Part shown: one piece after another, positions 53,569-64,000 of the stretch | Position numbering within the stretch: the first letter of the stretch is position 1 | Layout: the number at the start of each line of letters is the position of its first letter | From: Massalongia carnosa | Taxonomy: Eukaryota | Direction: 5' to 3' | Length of the DNA stretch: 64,000 nt | Assembly: GCA_965645245.1 (NCBI GenBank) | Contig: OZ287077.1 | Location: forward strand, 992,001-1,056,000 | Position numbers and translations under genes: made by a program | The notes under the pieces: generated by a model | The model's database searches: none | Told to the model about the DNA's origin: nothing | The model's input: only the letters and a program-made list of their open reading frames with translations

Positions 53569-55221
53569 ATGGTCTCCATGACCGGCGATTGCGACGACTG
53601 TGTGCCTGGGCGCCCGATTCAGGCTCCTACAGCAATACTATCCTCGTCTCTGCCGTTCCTGGTCACTTTCCTTGTCGTTTCCGCCCTCGTTTTCCAAAAA
53701 CTATTCCCAATCCTTTCCGGCGATGCTGCATCCAAAGGCCGCGAGGCGCAAGCTTCATCGAAGAATGGCCACATTCGTCCGCCACCGTCCCTGAGCCTCG
53801 CCGGTCAGGCACGGCCTCAAATCAAGCGATTATCCGCCCTCGCCTTCTCCACAACCATTGCGCTGGCTGCGGTGCTTGCGGAGCTGATCCTATGCGAGAT
53901 CTCGAATACCATCAACCCCACGGCGCGGAGGCTAGCGTTTCATGTCACTGTCTCTCTGCTCCTCTTCCTCCTCGTAATCGCCATTCCCCTCCTCGAAATC
54001 CACTCCATCGTCATAGCCGCGGGATGGGAGTTTACAGGAAACAAAAAGGGAAGACTCAGGCTGGCATGGCTGTTACAACTCGCGGGATTTATCGCATGGC
54101 TGCTCGGATTCTGGTGGAGCGGGGAACGACTGCTCGGTCAACCCAATCTAAAACGACCCGTTGAGCACCCCCAAAGCCTCAGCGAAGCCTGCCTCGAACG
54201 GGTGGGCATCATCGGCATCTCCCTCATGTCTCTCCTCTCGGGCTTCGCCTCGGTTAGCTCCCCCTGGCAAACCTTTGGCTCGCGCCCCCGCCCCGTCACC
54301 GACACCGACCTCGCCCGCAAACAAGCCGGTCTGGACGCCACGATCGACATGCTCGCAGCTAAACAAGCGCGACTCCACATGCTTGAGCGGAAAATGTCCG
54401 AAGCAGCCCCCGGAACGTTTTTTCAAAAAGCGCTCGGCTCCATCCGCGGCACTGCCGACCAGACCGAGCGCAAAGCCCTCGAGCTCGAGATCTCCGGCCT
54501 GCAAACCATGGCCTGCTCCCTCTCCGCCACGTACGCCCTCCTTCAATCACGTCTTCGCCAGCAGTCCCGCTCCCGCACCCCGACCGGCCGCCTCCTCCTC
54601 GTAGTCTCTTACCTCTTCTCCCTCTTCTGCCTCTCTCGCATCATCACTACCTCTCTCGCCGCCGCTCGCCGCATCCTGCGCGCCGCTCCCGTCCCCTCGT
54701 CCTCCTCCCCGTCGTCCGACCCCATCACCCACGCCCTCGCCCTCCTCGCCAAGCATTACGACCCCCATCTCAACCAAGGCGCCTGGGCCCGCCAAATCTC
54801 CTTCCTCCTTTCGGGCATCATCCTTTTCGCCTCCTTCTCCTCCGCCCTCCAGACCTTCCACCTCCTCGCCCGATTCGCGCCCGGCCTCCTACGTGCCGTA
54901 CGCGCCAACCTAGCCCTTGTCGTCGCCCAGCTGTGCGCCGCCTACGTCATCAGCGCCGCGCTCATGCTGCGTGGCATGATGCCCGGCCAGGTGGTCGGCG
55001 AGGGGCTGAGGGGCTTGGGCGGCAGGGAAGAGATGGGGTGGGTGGATGGGTGGTTTGAGGCTTGGTTCTTGGGCGGGGCAGCGGTGACGGCGACGGGGAT
55101 CTGGGTAGGGAGGAGGCTTGGAGGTGGAGGGTGGGAGGACGAGGAGTGGGAGGTGGAAGGGGGTGGTAGTGGTGGTGGTAGTGGTGGTGGTGGTGGTGGT
55201 GGTGGGGGGAAGATGTTGTAA
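53569..55221 (+). CDS. GPR89/Golgi pH regulator (ABA-GPCR-like) membrane protein
   Basis: Multiple TM segments; LAELILCEI, CLERVGIIGISLMSLLSGFASVSSPW, SDPITHALALL, RQISFLLSGIIL, YVISAALMLR; single exon. Confidence 0.85.
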   Translation: MVSMTGDCDDCVPGRPIQAPTAILSSSLPFLVTFLVVSALVFQKLFPILSGDAASKGREAQASSKNGHIRPPPSLSLAGQARPQIKRLSALAFSTTIALAAVLAELILCEISNTINPTARRLAFHVTVSLLLFLLVIAIPLLEIHSIVIAAGWEFTGNKKGRLRLAWLLQLAGFIAWLLGFWWSGERLLGQPNLKRPVEHPQSLSEACLERVGIIGISLMSLLSGFASVSSPWQTFGSRPRPVTDTDLARKQAGLDATIDMLAAKQARLHMLERKMSEAAPGTFFQKALGSIRGTADQTERKALELEISGLQTMACSLSATYALLQSRLRQQSRSRTPTGRLLLVVSYLFSLFCLSRIITTSLAAARRILRAAPVPSSSSPSSDPITHALALLAKHYDPHLNQGAWARQISFLLSGIILFASFSSALQTFHLLARFAPGLLRAVRANLALVVAQLCAAYVISAALMLRGMMPGQVVGEGLRGLGGREEMGWVDGWFEAWFLGGAAVTATGIWVGRRLGGGGWEDEEWEVEGGGSGGGSGGGGGGGGGKML

Positions 55222-55614
55222 AGTTGGGGGGCGGGGGGGGCGAGGGGGAACCTGTTTTTTCTTTGTAGAATACTGTTGATTGAATTGGGTCACAACTGCT
55301 TGGGTGGAAAGATGGACGGGCGAGTGGGTTTCGGGGCTTGGGTCGGGAGGCGTGCGGATTAATTGCATCCACATCTACCAGGGAAAGCGGAGTATTGGCA
55401 GGGTATGGTACGGTGGTAACTTACCTGGACCACAACAAAAATGTAATTCTTCTTCCCTTCTGCTTGAGAGGGTGTGCGGTTTGTGTTTGCATCCCATTTC
55501 CCGCCTTCGCCCTCACGCCTTTCCTCCCTGCAGGCTCTCCCCTCCCAAGACGCTATGCGGGGGAAAAAGAACCCTAAAAAGCAAAACGAAAACCCCCCCG
55601 AACGGAAAATCAAA

Positions 55615-57206
55615 TCAAATCAGCTTCAACCGAAACCCTCCGCCCCTCTCCTCCTCCTCCTCCCTCCGCCCGAAAATCCCCCGAAAATCCCCCTCCTCGC
55701 CCCGGATGCGCGGTGCATGCTGGCCCCTCCTCGGTGCAGAGGGGCTCGCCACGCGGCGCGCGCGGCGCTCCTGGCCGGCCTTGGACGGGAAGGTGGGGAA
55801 CATGCGCGCGGCTTTGGGCTTGGGGTCTTCGGCGAAATACGGGTGGGCCAGCACGGCAGCGGCGCTGGGCGGCCGGGCGGCTGGGTTGAGCGCTAGGAGG
55901 GAGGTGAGCAGGGAGGCGCCGGAGGCGGTGAGGAGGGGGAATTGCGCGCGCAGGATCGGGCCGGTGGTACGGGCGGTGGGGAGGGGGAGGCGGAGCGATT
56001 TGGCGTTTGGGAGGCGTTTGAAGGTTGGCCATGTGGTGGGCGTGGGGATGCCGCAGAGTTCGAAGATCTAGGGGTTTGGTTGGTTGGGGGAGAAAATAAA
56101 GGAGAAAGGGGGTGGGTGGGTTTGGATGGGTAGGTACCTTGGAGAGCTGGTCGACTTCGTTCTTTCCCTGGAGGAGGGGCTCTTTTTTCAAAAGTTCGCC
56201 GAATATGCAGCCGATGCTCCACAGGTCGATCTCGGCGCCGTACGTCTCCGCCCCTAGAAGCAGTTCCGGCGCGCGGTACCAGAGCGTGACGACCAGCTGC
56301 GTGAGCTTCGCGGGCGGAGGGTCGCCGTGATAGCGCGCCATGCCGAAATCGGCCACTTTCAGTTGCCCGCGATTGTTCATGAGGAGGTTGGACGTCTTCA
56401 GGTCGCGGTGCAGGATCCAATTGGAGTGCAGGTAGTCGACCGCGGAGGTGAGTTGGAGGAGAAGGGTCTTGATCTCCGAGGGGAGGAAGGGCTCTTGCAT
56501 TTCTTCCTGCAGCGTTTTGAGGTCGTGTTCGATGAAATCCATGACAAGGAAGACGCTGGTCTTGAAGATCAGTTTTGCGGAAGCAGGAGATAGTCAAGGC
56601 CCCGTGGCAGGGGGTTAGGAGAGAGGGGATTTACTCGTCTAAACTGTCGCCCATGACCACTTCACGTAGAGCAACTATATTCGGGTGCAGGGAGGCGCGT
56701 AGGGTCTGTATCTCGCGCAAGCCGGTGACGGGGAATCCGTCGTTGGCGTTGTCCATCTTGAGCTTTTTGAGCGCCACCACTTCCCCCGTAGCGATCTCTT
56801 TGGCCCTCGATACCCATCCGTAAGAGCCCTCTTCGATGTGATTCAGCTTCTCGAAGTTGTCCACATGGCGGCAAGGGCCCCATTCCGGTGCTGGGAAGCG
56901 GAGGAGCTTGGCCGGTTGTGATTTAGTCGTTGGAGCTGGAACGTTGGGCTCTGGGGAAAGTCTCCTTCTCTTCAATGGACGATCGGTATCCCCATTTGCA
57001 CTGCTGTTGTCGTTGCCTGGCTCGTCTGACAGTGCAGCCGCGCGGAGAGATTCCTGCTGCCGGGCGTTATCCGCCGCCTCCAGCTTCCGCTGCTTTTCCG
57101 CCTTTACCCTTCTCTTTTCGTCCTTCTCCAATTTTCGCTGGGCGTTCAGGGCACTGTCCTTTTCATCATCGGCCCAGCGGGATTTGATTTGACTTGCCAT
57201 CTGCAT
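55615..57206 (-). CDS. CDK11/PITSLRE-like cyclin-dependent kinase (3 exons)
   Basis: [71 protein letters not shown]. Confidence 0.92.
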
Positions 57207-57344
57207 GACTTGTGTAGTTGAGCTTTGTTGACTCGGATGGAGTAGAATTGTTGAAGCGCATCAAACCATCAACATCCTTCTTCCAATCTGGCTCAAACCT
57301 AAATCTCCTGCGAAATTGTGGTAGGAAGGTGTGTTTGAGCAAGT

Positions 57345-59031
57345 ATGATTCTGAGAGCATGTGCGAGAGTGTCAAAAAGCCAAAGATCACTCGGAAGCAT
57401 AAATCAATGTTCTTGTAGACCTTTACACCACAAATGGTCTTCATCCTCAACTCGGCAATGGTCCACTCCCCTTGCCAAGAACATTGCAGAAGCAATCGCT
57501 GTAAGTCACACTAGACATACTCCCAGACCATTGACTGATCGCGCCCATCAGACTACCGGCCCCATTTCCATAGCGTCGTACATGCGCCAATGCCTCACTT
57601 CCCCCGGCGGCGGCTACTACACCTCTCATACCCATGGCAAGGACCAATTCGGGCAAAAAGGTGACTTCATCACCTCGCCCGAAATCTCGCAGATCTTTGG
57701 CGAACTATTGGGTATTTGGATGGTGGCGGAATGGATGGCGCAGGGGGAAATAAGCCATGGGGTGGAAATCATTGAGGTTGGGCCGGGGAGGGGAACACTG
57801 ATGGATGATATGCTACGGGTATGGTATGAACCTTAGCCTGGACAGGCAAGGCATGGAACTGATGCGCCGCATAGACCCTCGGCAACTTCAAGTCCTTGGT
57901 ATCGAGCATTGAACAAGTCTATCTCGTTGAAGCAAGTCCCTCGTTGAGAGATGCCCAGAAGCGACTTCTATGTGGAGATGCTCCCCTCAAAGCCGTCGAG
58001 ATCGGATTTCGAAGCACGAGCAAATATTCCAACCTCCCAATAATATGGTGTGAAGACATCCGCTTTGTCCCCAATGGTATGCCCTCTTCTTCCGTCCACC
58101 ACACGACTCTAACCCCTGCTCAGACCCATCCAGGACCCCATACATATTCGCCCACGAGTTCTTCGACGCACTACCAATCCATGCTTTCCAATCAGTCGTT
58201 CCTGCCCCGTCAACTCAGACAATTATCACCACAACAGGTCCTCTTCATCTCTCCACTCCCCAAAAGCCACCCACCCCCCAATGGCGCGAACTAGTCGTCT
58301 CCCCCGCGCCCCTCCCATCGACCATCGCCACCTCCACAACCTCCACCCCTCAGCCTCCAGATTTCCAACTCTCCCTCTCCAAAACCCCCACAACCTCCTC
58401 CATCCTCCTCCCCACCCTCTCCCCTCGCTACGCCGCCCTCCTCCCGACCTCGTCCGCCCACATCGAAATATCCCCCGAATCCCGCTCCTACATCGCCGAC
58501 TTTGCCCACCGAATTAGTGGCTCGCCAACCTTACCTCCCAAATCCAAACGCACTACCACCCCAACCCCGCCATTCAGAAGGAAACCTCACCCTTCTGGCG
58601 CAGCGCTGATCTTTGACTACGGCCCCTTCAGCACCATCCCCGCCTCCACCCTCCGCGGCATCCGCGCGCACAAACTCGTCTCGCCCTTCTCCTCCCCAGG
58701 GCTCGTCGATCTGAGCGCCGATGTTGATTTCACCGCGCTAGCGGAAGCAGCCCTGCGCGCGAGCGATGGAGTGGAGGTGCATGGGCCTGTGGAGCAAGGG
58801 GGGTGGTTGGAGGAGATGGGGATTCACGAGAGAGGGGAGATGATTTGTCAGGGAGGAGGAGAAGGAGGGGAGAAGGAAGAGCGCGGGAAAAGGGTAAGAA
58901 GGGGAGTGGAGAGGTTGGTGGAGAGGGGCGGAGGGGGGATGGGACGCATCTACAAGGTCCTGGCTATTTTACCGGAGAACGGCGGGAGGCGGAGACCCGT
59001 TGGGTTTGGGGACCGGGTGGCGACGGGGTAG
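57345..59031 (+). CDS. NDUFAF7/MidA SAM-dependent arginine methyltransferase, multi-exon
   Basis: GPISIASYMRQCLTSPGGGYY, GDFITSPEISQIFGELLG, IEVGPGRGTLMDD, AHEFFDALP, DYG, DLSADVDF, GMGRIYKVLAI. Confidence 0.9.
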
Positions 59032-60045
59032 GTTCAAGGGGATGGAGAAAAGGAAGGAAGCTGTTTGCTACGTTCGCCAGGGGATTTGTAGTGGTGAATG
59101 ATATATTTACTTCTAGCTATCTATCTATATATATAAGTTACCCAGAAGGTGATACGCTTACTCTAGAGAGTAACTCATTATCTCGAAGTTCATTCTTTAC
59201 CCCTCTTTCCTTTCCTTTCCATTCCATTCCATCCATTCCAAATTCCAGCCCCTTCCCTTCTTCTTCTTCCTCCCTCACTTGCAGCCCAACTCTCCCTTCC
59301 CTCCCCCATCTTCTCCCCCCCCCACAGCCAACCAGCCAACTAACTAATCCTAATCAATTCCCAACATTAATCAACAAAACCAACTAACCTCCCCCTTCCC
59401 CCAGAAGCTGCCTCAGTGATTGGTAATCTGCAACCCGCTTTCCTGGAGCTTTTAGGGGCTCTAGAAATCGTGGAGCGGAGTCCGTTCGGGCCCCCGTAAA
59501 GGAGATGCAAGGGAAAAATGTGATGGTGTTGTTCAGAAATATATGGTGGAGACCCTTGCGATGGTAGATAAAAAGAGAGTGGAGGGTTTATGTAGATCAT
59601 GACTGGGCGTTTTATAGAGATAGGATGGAAATCGGGTGTGCGTTTAGAATGGCCGATGATACTAAGAATAGAGAAAGAATAGGAAGCTGCAGCCAGTGGG
59701 AGTGAATACTTAGGTCTTTCTTGCTAAATTGAAAATGTGGTGTGGGAATGATACATGCAAAAAACTCCGGCCAACAACTCGCAACGCCGCCGATGTTGTC
59801 GATGATCCAAATGCGCTATTGTAGGCTTGAAATGTGAGCCAACGCCGCTGGTAAATCGGATTATTCGCCGTCATGATATCGTTAAGCCTCATAAATTTGA
59901 GATAGTAGCGCACACCGGTATATGTCGCCCTGTGGGTACGACTGAACGCCGCAAGGTGTAATGGTTTACAGCGATCGAGTTATCTTATCAAAAAGAAATA
60001 TAACAGTTCCCTCCCGGTATGATCCAGGAGGGGCTACTAGAATCT

Positions 60046-61845
60046 TCATGTAGACGGAGTAGTCCTGGCTGTAGCAACATTAGGTTGTGAAGCCGGGCTT
60101 GGACTTACAACGGCAGGGTTTGAGGCCAACGGAGTTAATGAGGACGTCCATGTAAGAATTTCGGCAGTTATCAAACTCGTCACCGGTATTGGAGGTTTGT
60201 CGAGACATCGGCCAAACCAACCATACGAGGAGCAAGTCACGGTCGAGGAAGATTGGGATGTGGTAGATGTCGTTGTAGGCTCATCCGAATCACGACAGCC
60301 CCACCAACCTTGACAATCGTTAGCAATGAGAAGCTGAATGAGAAGAGCTGGACACATACCGGGTGTATGGCATGTTGTAGTTCGTGTCAAGGTAGACGTT
60401 GGAGAGCTGCTACTACTAGACGCTATGGGTTCGGTATCGTTACTCTCGAAATATTTCCAGTTAAAACAATCCACGCATTCGATATCAGAAACACATGTGG
60501 CTACCTCGTTGTAGGCTCTGATAACATTCGCGATGACGTTCCGGATCTTGTGGTTTCCAATCCCAACTCTCCATCCCTTATCTTTGACTGTGTCGTAGAT
60601 ACATACTTGCCCAGAATGGCACTGGCTTTCCATGGCATAACCACCCAAAGTGCAACCTGATGTTGCAGCGTTACAAGTTCCCATGAATATTGGATCAGCT
60701 GTATGACCGAAATGATAGGCGCCGGTGTTCTTCCTGCTTTGCGGAGCACTTGGATGCGCGTATGGCGGCGAAGGGAGACCTAATCTTGCTGCAGCCAGCG
60801 CCTCGCCAGGTGCCTCATAGGTTGTCACGGGAAGTCCAAAGGTCAGACCGAGCAGGCTGCTGACAGCGCCTCCTAGGGAGTGTCCCGACAGCCAAATCTC
60901 CGAGTTGGGATAAATTTCCGTGACATTTCCATAAAGCTCTATGGCAGCCTGGTAGTATCGATTTTCCATTCTCAAAGCCTTGACAAGGCAAGATTGATTG
61001 CAAGTAAATGCGGAAGTGGCGCATTCGCAGACCTTCCGCCAGAGGTAATGTCCGCCTGCTCCACAGCAGCAACCGAAGAAAAGATTGTCATTTTCTTTGT
61101 CGTTGGAGGTTGTTTCGGCGCCGTCAAATACCGCTGGGGTCGTTCCCTTAATAGCGATCACGACCGTCGCGTTGTCATTATCCGCAAAAATATGACCACG
61201 TAGGCCATCACCTTCCCATCCAAAACTATCTGAGAAGTTAAATGCTCCATTCACGTCTTCCCACTCACCAGTCCCTGGTACCAGTATATACGAGTTGGCT
61301 GCCATAAGCGCCAAGGTTATTACCGTCTCTTTATCTTGAACATTAGGCCCCATGACTTCATCTGTCCGCCAGGCCGAGGGTGCCAGTGTGGCGGAATATC
61401 CACTAAGTCGAGCGGCGCTGACCAGAGACTGCACAGCAGCAACCCTTCGATCCGACAGTCTTTGTATAGAGATCTGCCTGGATTGTGCGCGCAAAGGGTT
61501 TTTCTGAGACCTCTCATGCACCCTCTGAGCTATGATCCCGATTTTATCGTCCGGACGAACATCGAGGCGTACATGTAGATTAGGATATGCATGTGTTCCA
61601 TGGTGGAAAATGTGCCTAAGCGTGAAATCATGGCTCTTTGGTGAGGATATAGGTGATTCATATTCTGATGATGGTGAAGGACCAGGCTGAACCATAGGGA
61701 TTTGGTTATCGCCATTTATCCAGCCACCTGACCATGTCCCTGCGACAAGGTTTATTGAAGATGCAGTCAGAAGGGAAAGAAAAACTCGAGCTGTAACTCT
61801 GCCTGCAGAGCGGCATCTTTGAGAAACAGGCTGCCTTTGAATCAT
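60046..61845 (-). CDS. ATG15: Autophagy lipase Atg15 (probable in-frame 54-nt intron near 60308-60361)
   Basis: FTLRHIFHHG, FGWEGDGLRGHIF, VIAIKGT, NDNLFFGCCC, lipase GHSLGG, FGHTADPIFMGTC, DCFNWK. Confidence 0.93.
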   Translation of the reverse strand: MIQRQPVSQRCRSAGRVTARVFLSLLTASSINLVAGTWSGGWINGDNQIPMVQPGPSPSSEYESPISSPKSHDFTLRHIFHHGTHAYPNLHVRLDVRPDDKIGIIAQRVHERSQKNPLRAQSRQISIQRLSDRRVAAVQSLVSAARLSGYSATLAPSAWRTDEVMGPNVQDKETVITLALMAANSYILVPGTGEWEDVNGAFNFSDSFGWEGDGLRGHIFADNDNATVVIAIKGTTPAVFDGAETTSNDKENDNLFFGCCCGAGGHYLWRKVCECATSAFTCNQSCLVKALRMENRYYQAAIELYGNVTEIYPNSEIWLSGHSLGGAVSSLLGLTFGLPVTTYEAPGEALAAARLGLPSPPYAHPSAPQSRKNTGAYHFGHTADPIFMGTCNAATSGCTLGGYAMESQCHSGQVCIYDTVKDKGWRVGIGNHKIRNVIANVIRAYNEVATCVSDIECVDCFNWKYFESNDTEPIASSSSSSPTSTLTRTTTCHTPGMCPALLIQLLIANDCQGWWGCRDSDEPTTTSTTSQSSSTVTCSSYGWFGRCLDKPPIPVTSLITAEILTWTSSLTPLASNPAVVSPSPASQPNVATARTTPST

Positions 61846-62396
61846 GATGGATGAGAGTATTTGCAAAGTGTGAAAGAAAAGGATGCTAAGGCTTAGATCA
61901 GACGAATATCAAGCGTGAAAATAAGGATGAAGAAATTTAACGTGATGGATCATGAGGTGTTGTAAAATCCTCATGATATCCTCATGGTTATCCTCATGAT
62001 GTCTACTCATGGAGATAAGGTCTGTTTATTTCCGAGAGGCGTCATTGTTTGCAGCCTCTGGATCACGTTACCTAAACGCCGCCTCGGTTAACTAGCTTCG
62101 GTATTACTAAGCGAACGGACTATATCTGATTGGTCAGAGGCTAAGTTTCAGCAAAACGCTGCTCTGTGAAACACATACCCGTTATGCGTGTACGATTGCT
62201 TCTTGGCACGTTAGGTAACTCCTAAATGCTCAAGCCATCCCAGTTGTTCTCAACCCGATTTCTCCGAGTCCCACGCATTTGACTCATCTCCACCAAAGCT
62301 GTTGGGACATCATGGACTGGAGCCTGATGTCTCGGAGCATTTCCTTACTGTTCGGCTCTGCTTGAGCTCCCTTCGTTATTGAGAATTATTGTCAAA

Positions 62397-64000
62397 ATGT
62401 CAGAAGGTGAGCTTTGCTTTCATTGAGCCTCTCAAAATACAAATGCCCATGATTATAAATAGCATTTTGTCGATTGTGTTCTGGAACTAAATAAGTACAA
62501 GGTCTACTTGCTTCCATTTCTCGAGCCCATACTGTGGGCGAGCATGGTACAGGACGCCTTCAGTCTTCCCATACCATACAGTCTTTCCCACGTCTTGAGT
62601 CACCACGATCCTCTCCGCGTAGTCGCAGCAGAGCCAGCACTTTGCAAAGTGGGATCATTCCCGAAAACATGAGTCCAGAAATCAAAGCTATTCGTCAGGG
62701 AGATACCGGTGAGTTACATTCCAGGGATTGTCGAAGGAGGATAGGTCTTAACAATGGCTCTGCAGAATCGACCGGCATATCCAATCCGAGATCACCTCAA
62801 AGCGTTCTCGAAGGCTTCGACGAGCTTCCTATCGAACTCGTTAGCTTGACAGATCGGTACGAACACCCGCCATGCTATTTTCAACATCTACTGACACAGG
62901 ACAATGAGCATTAGGTTCATTGAATCTCTTACTACTGCAAAAATACATAATACGCCTCCCTCGGCTGATAAGCTCTCGGATATCTTCCAAGAATTCTACG
63001 TAAAAGCTGCATCCCACATCTCCACCCACATAAGCGCTCTCTCCAGCCGGCAGTATCATGGGGTATCCTTGAGTCCATCGATGTCCTCAAAAACGTCAAT
63101 CTCAGCCAAAGATGCTAGAAGGCTAAGATCGACGTCTTCCAAGGACTCCGTGGAATTTCTAGAAAAACCTGCCCCTGAACAGCAGATGCTCACACCTCAA
63201 GAGATTTCAGAGCGTCGAAAGGCTCGACGTTTGCTCGAACAGAAAGGGCTGGCTTTTGAAGAAGCTATTGAAAGGAGAGTATGCGAGCGCCTCTATGATC
63301 GAATTTGGCGTCATAGGAGTACATTGGATGAAGTTAGAGATGAGAAGCTACGTTCAAGAACAGCTGCGCTTGCTCTGGTTGGAATTGGATTGGAGGATCT
63401 TGGGATTACGTTCGACAAGTCGAAGTTAAGGCCAGAGCAGCCGCACACTACGATAGAGGCTCAGGTTGAGGAATGGATATCCAAAGCAAGAGAAGGTCTG
63501 CTAAAGATGAATGATGCAAAATGCCCTTTAGGAAAACTTCAACATTTAGCCGCTACGCATAAATGTATAGTGGAATTACTCACAACTCTTCATCAGTCTT
63601 CATCATCTGCGGATGAAATATTACCCACCCTGATCTATACGCTAATAACAACCCCGCCAGAAGGTATTAATGTCATCAGCAATCTAAATTTTACTCAGCG
63701 ATTCCGAGCCGCAAGCAAGATTGACGGTGAAATGGCTTACTGTTTGACCAATCTTGAGGCTGCCATAAGCTTCCTAGAAACGGTTGACCTAGCCAGCCTT
63801 CGGTCAGACGAGCTGCTTGAGGGACCGCCGAAGTCCTGCAGCCGACCATCAACACCACGAGATGATGATCACAGAGAGTGGCCTCTTGGAACACCAACTA
63901 GCGTGGGAGGTCCTTTCAACAATACCATTACGCCAGCTACGGTAAATTTGGCTCGGTCGGATCCAGTGACAGTCTCCCATCCCTTGCAGCCCCAGGAACC
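62397..64000 (+). CDS. VPS9-domain Rab5 GEF (Muk1/Vps9-like), truncated by the window end
   Basis: ATGTCAGAAG|GT exon 1; FDELPIELVSLTD|RFIESL; SSSADEILPTLIYTLI...NLNFTQRFR...GEMAYCLTNLEAAISFLE. Confidence 0.88.

Noticed and set aside
60308..60361. Hydrophobic insert MCPALLIQLLIANDCQ in Atg15
   Set aside because: It is a stop-free 3n intron (GTATGT...GCTAAC...AAG) read through by the ORF finder.

Overview
Gene-dense, intron-rich nuclear DNA from a filamentous ascomycete (Pezizomycotina-type GT/AG introns with RYTRAY branch points). About 22 housekeeping or regulatory protein genes can be reconstructed by hand: mitochondrial uL13, CCS1, noxR, kynureninase, ISA2, DBP2, a Con7-type C2H2 factor, a PPR protein, an F-box/LRR-like protein, ARG4, Rad9, an ATS1-like RCC1 protein, RPS16, an ECM13-like protein, a USP-domain protein, GPR89-like, a CDK11-like kinase, NDUFAF7, ATG15 and a VPS9-domain protein. 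There is also one tRNA gene and two decayed DNA transposons (pogo-like and hAT) upstream of noxR. The most striking observation is a tRNA-Ile(AAT) gene (3095-3234) that folds into a perfect cloverleaf only after removing two introns: a normal 16-nt tRNA intron and a 50-nt spliceosomal-type intron (GTAAGT...GCTAA...AAG). Other oddities are abutting introns with a zero-length exon in the uL13 gene, a hAT end flipped together with its target-site duplication, an apparent intronized exon segment in con7, recurrent C-rich-to-G-rich skew switches centred on CGCG-rich spots, and a strongly enriched non-coding 9-mer (TACGGAGTA). All gene identities come from recognising motifs by eye, not from database searches, and exon boundaries are predictions.
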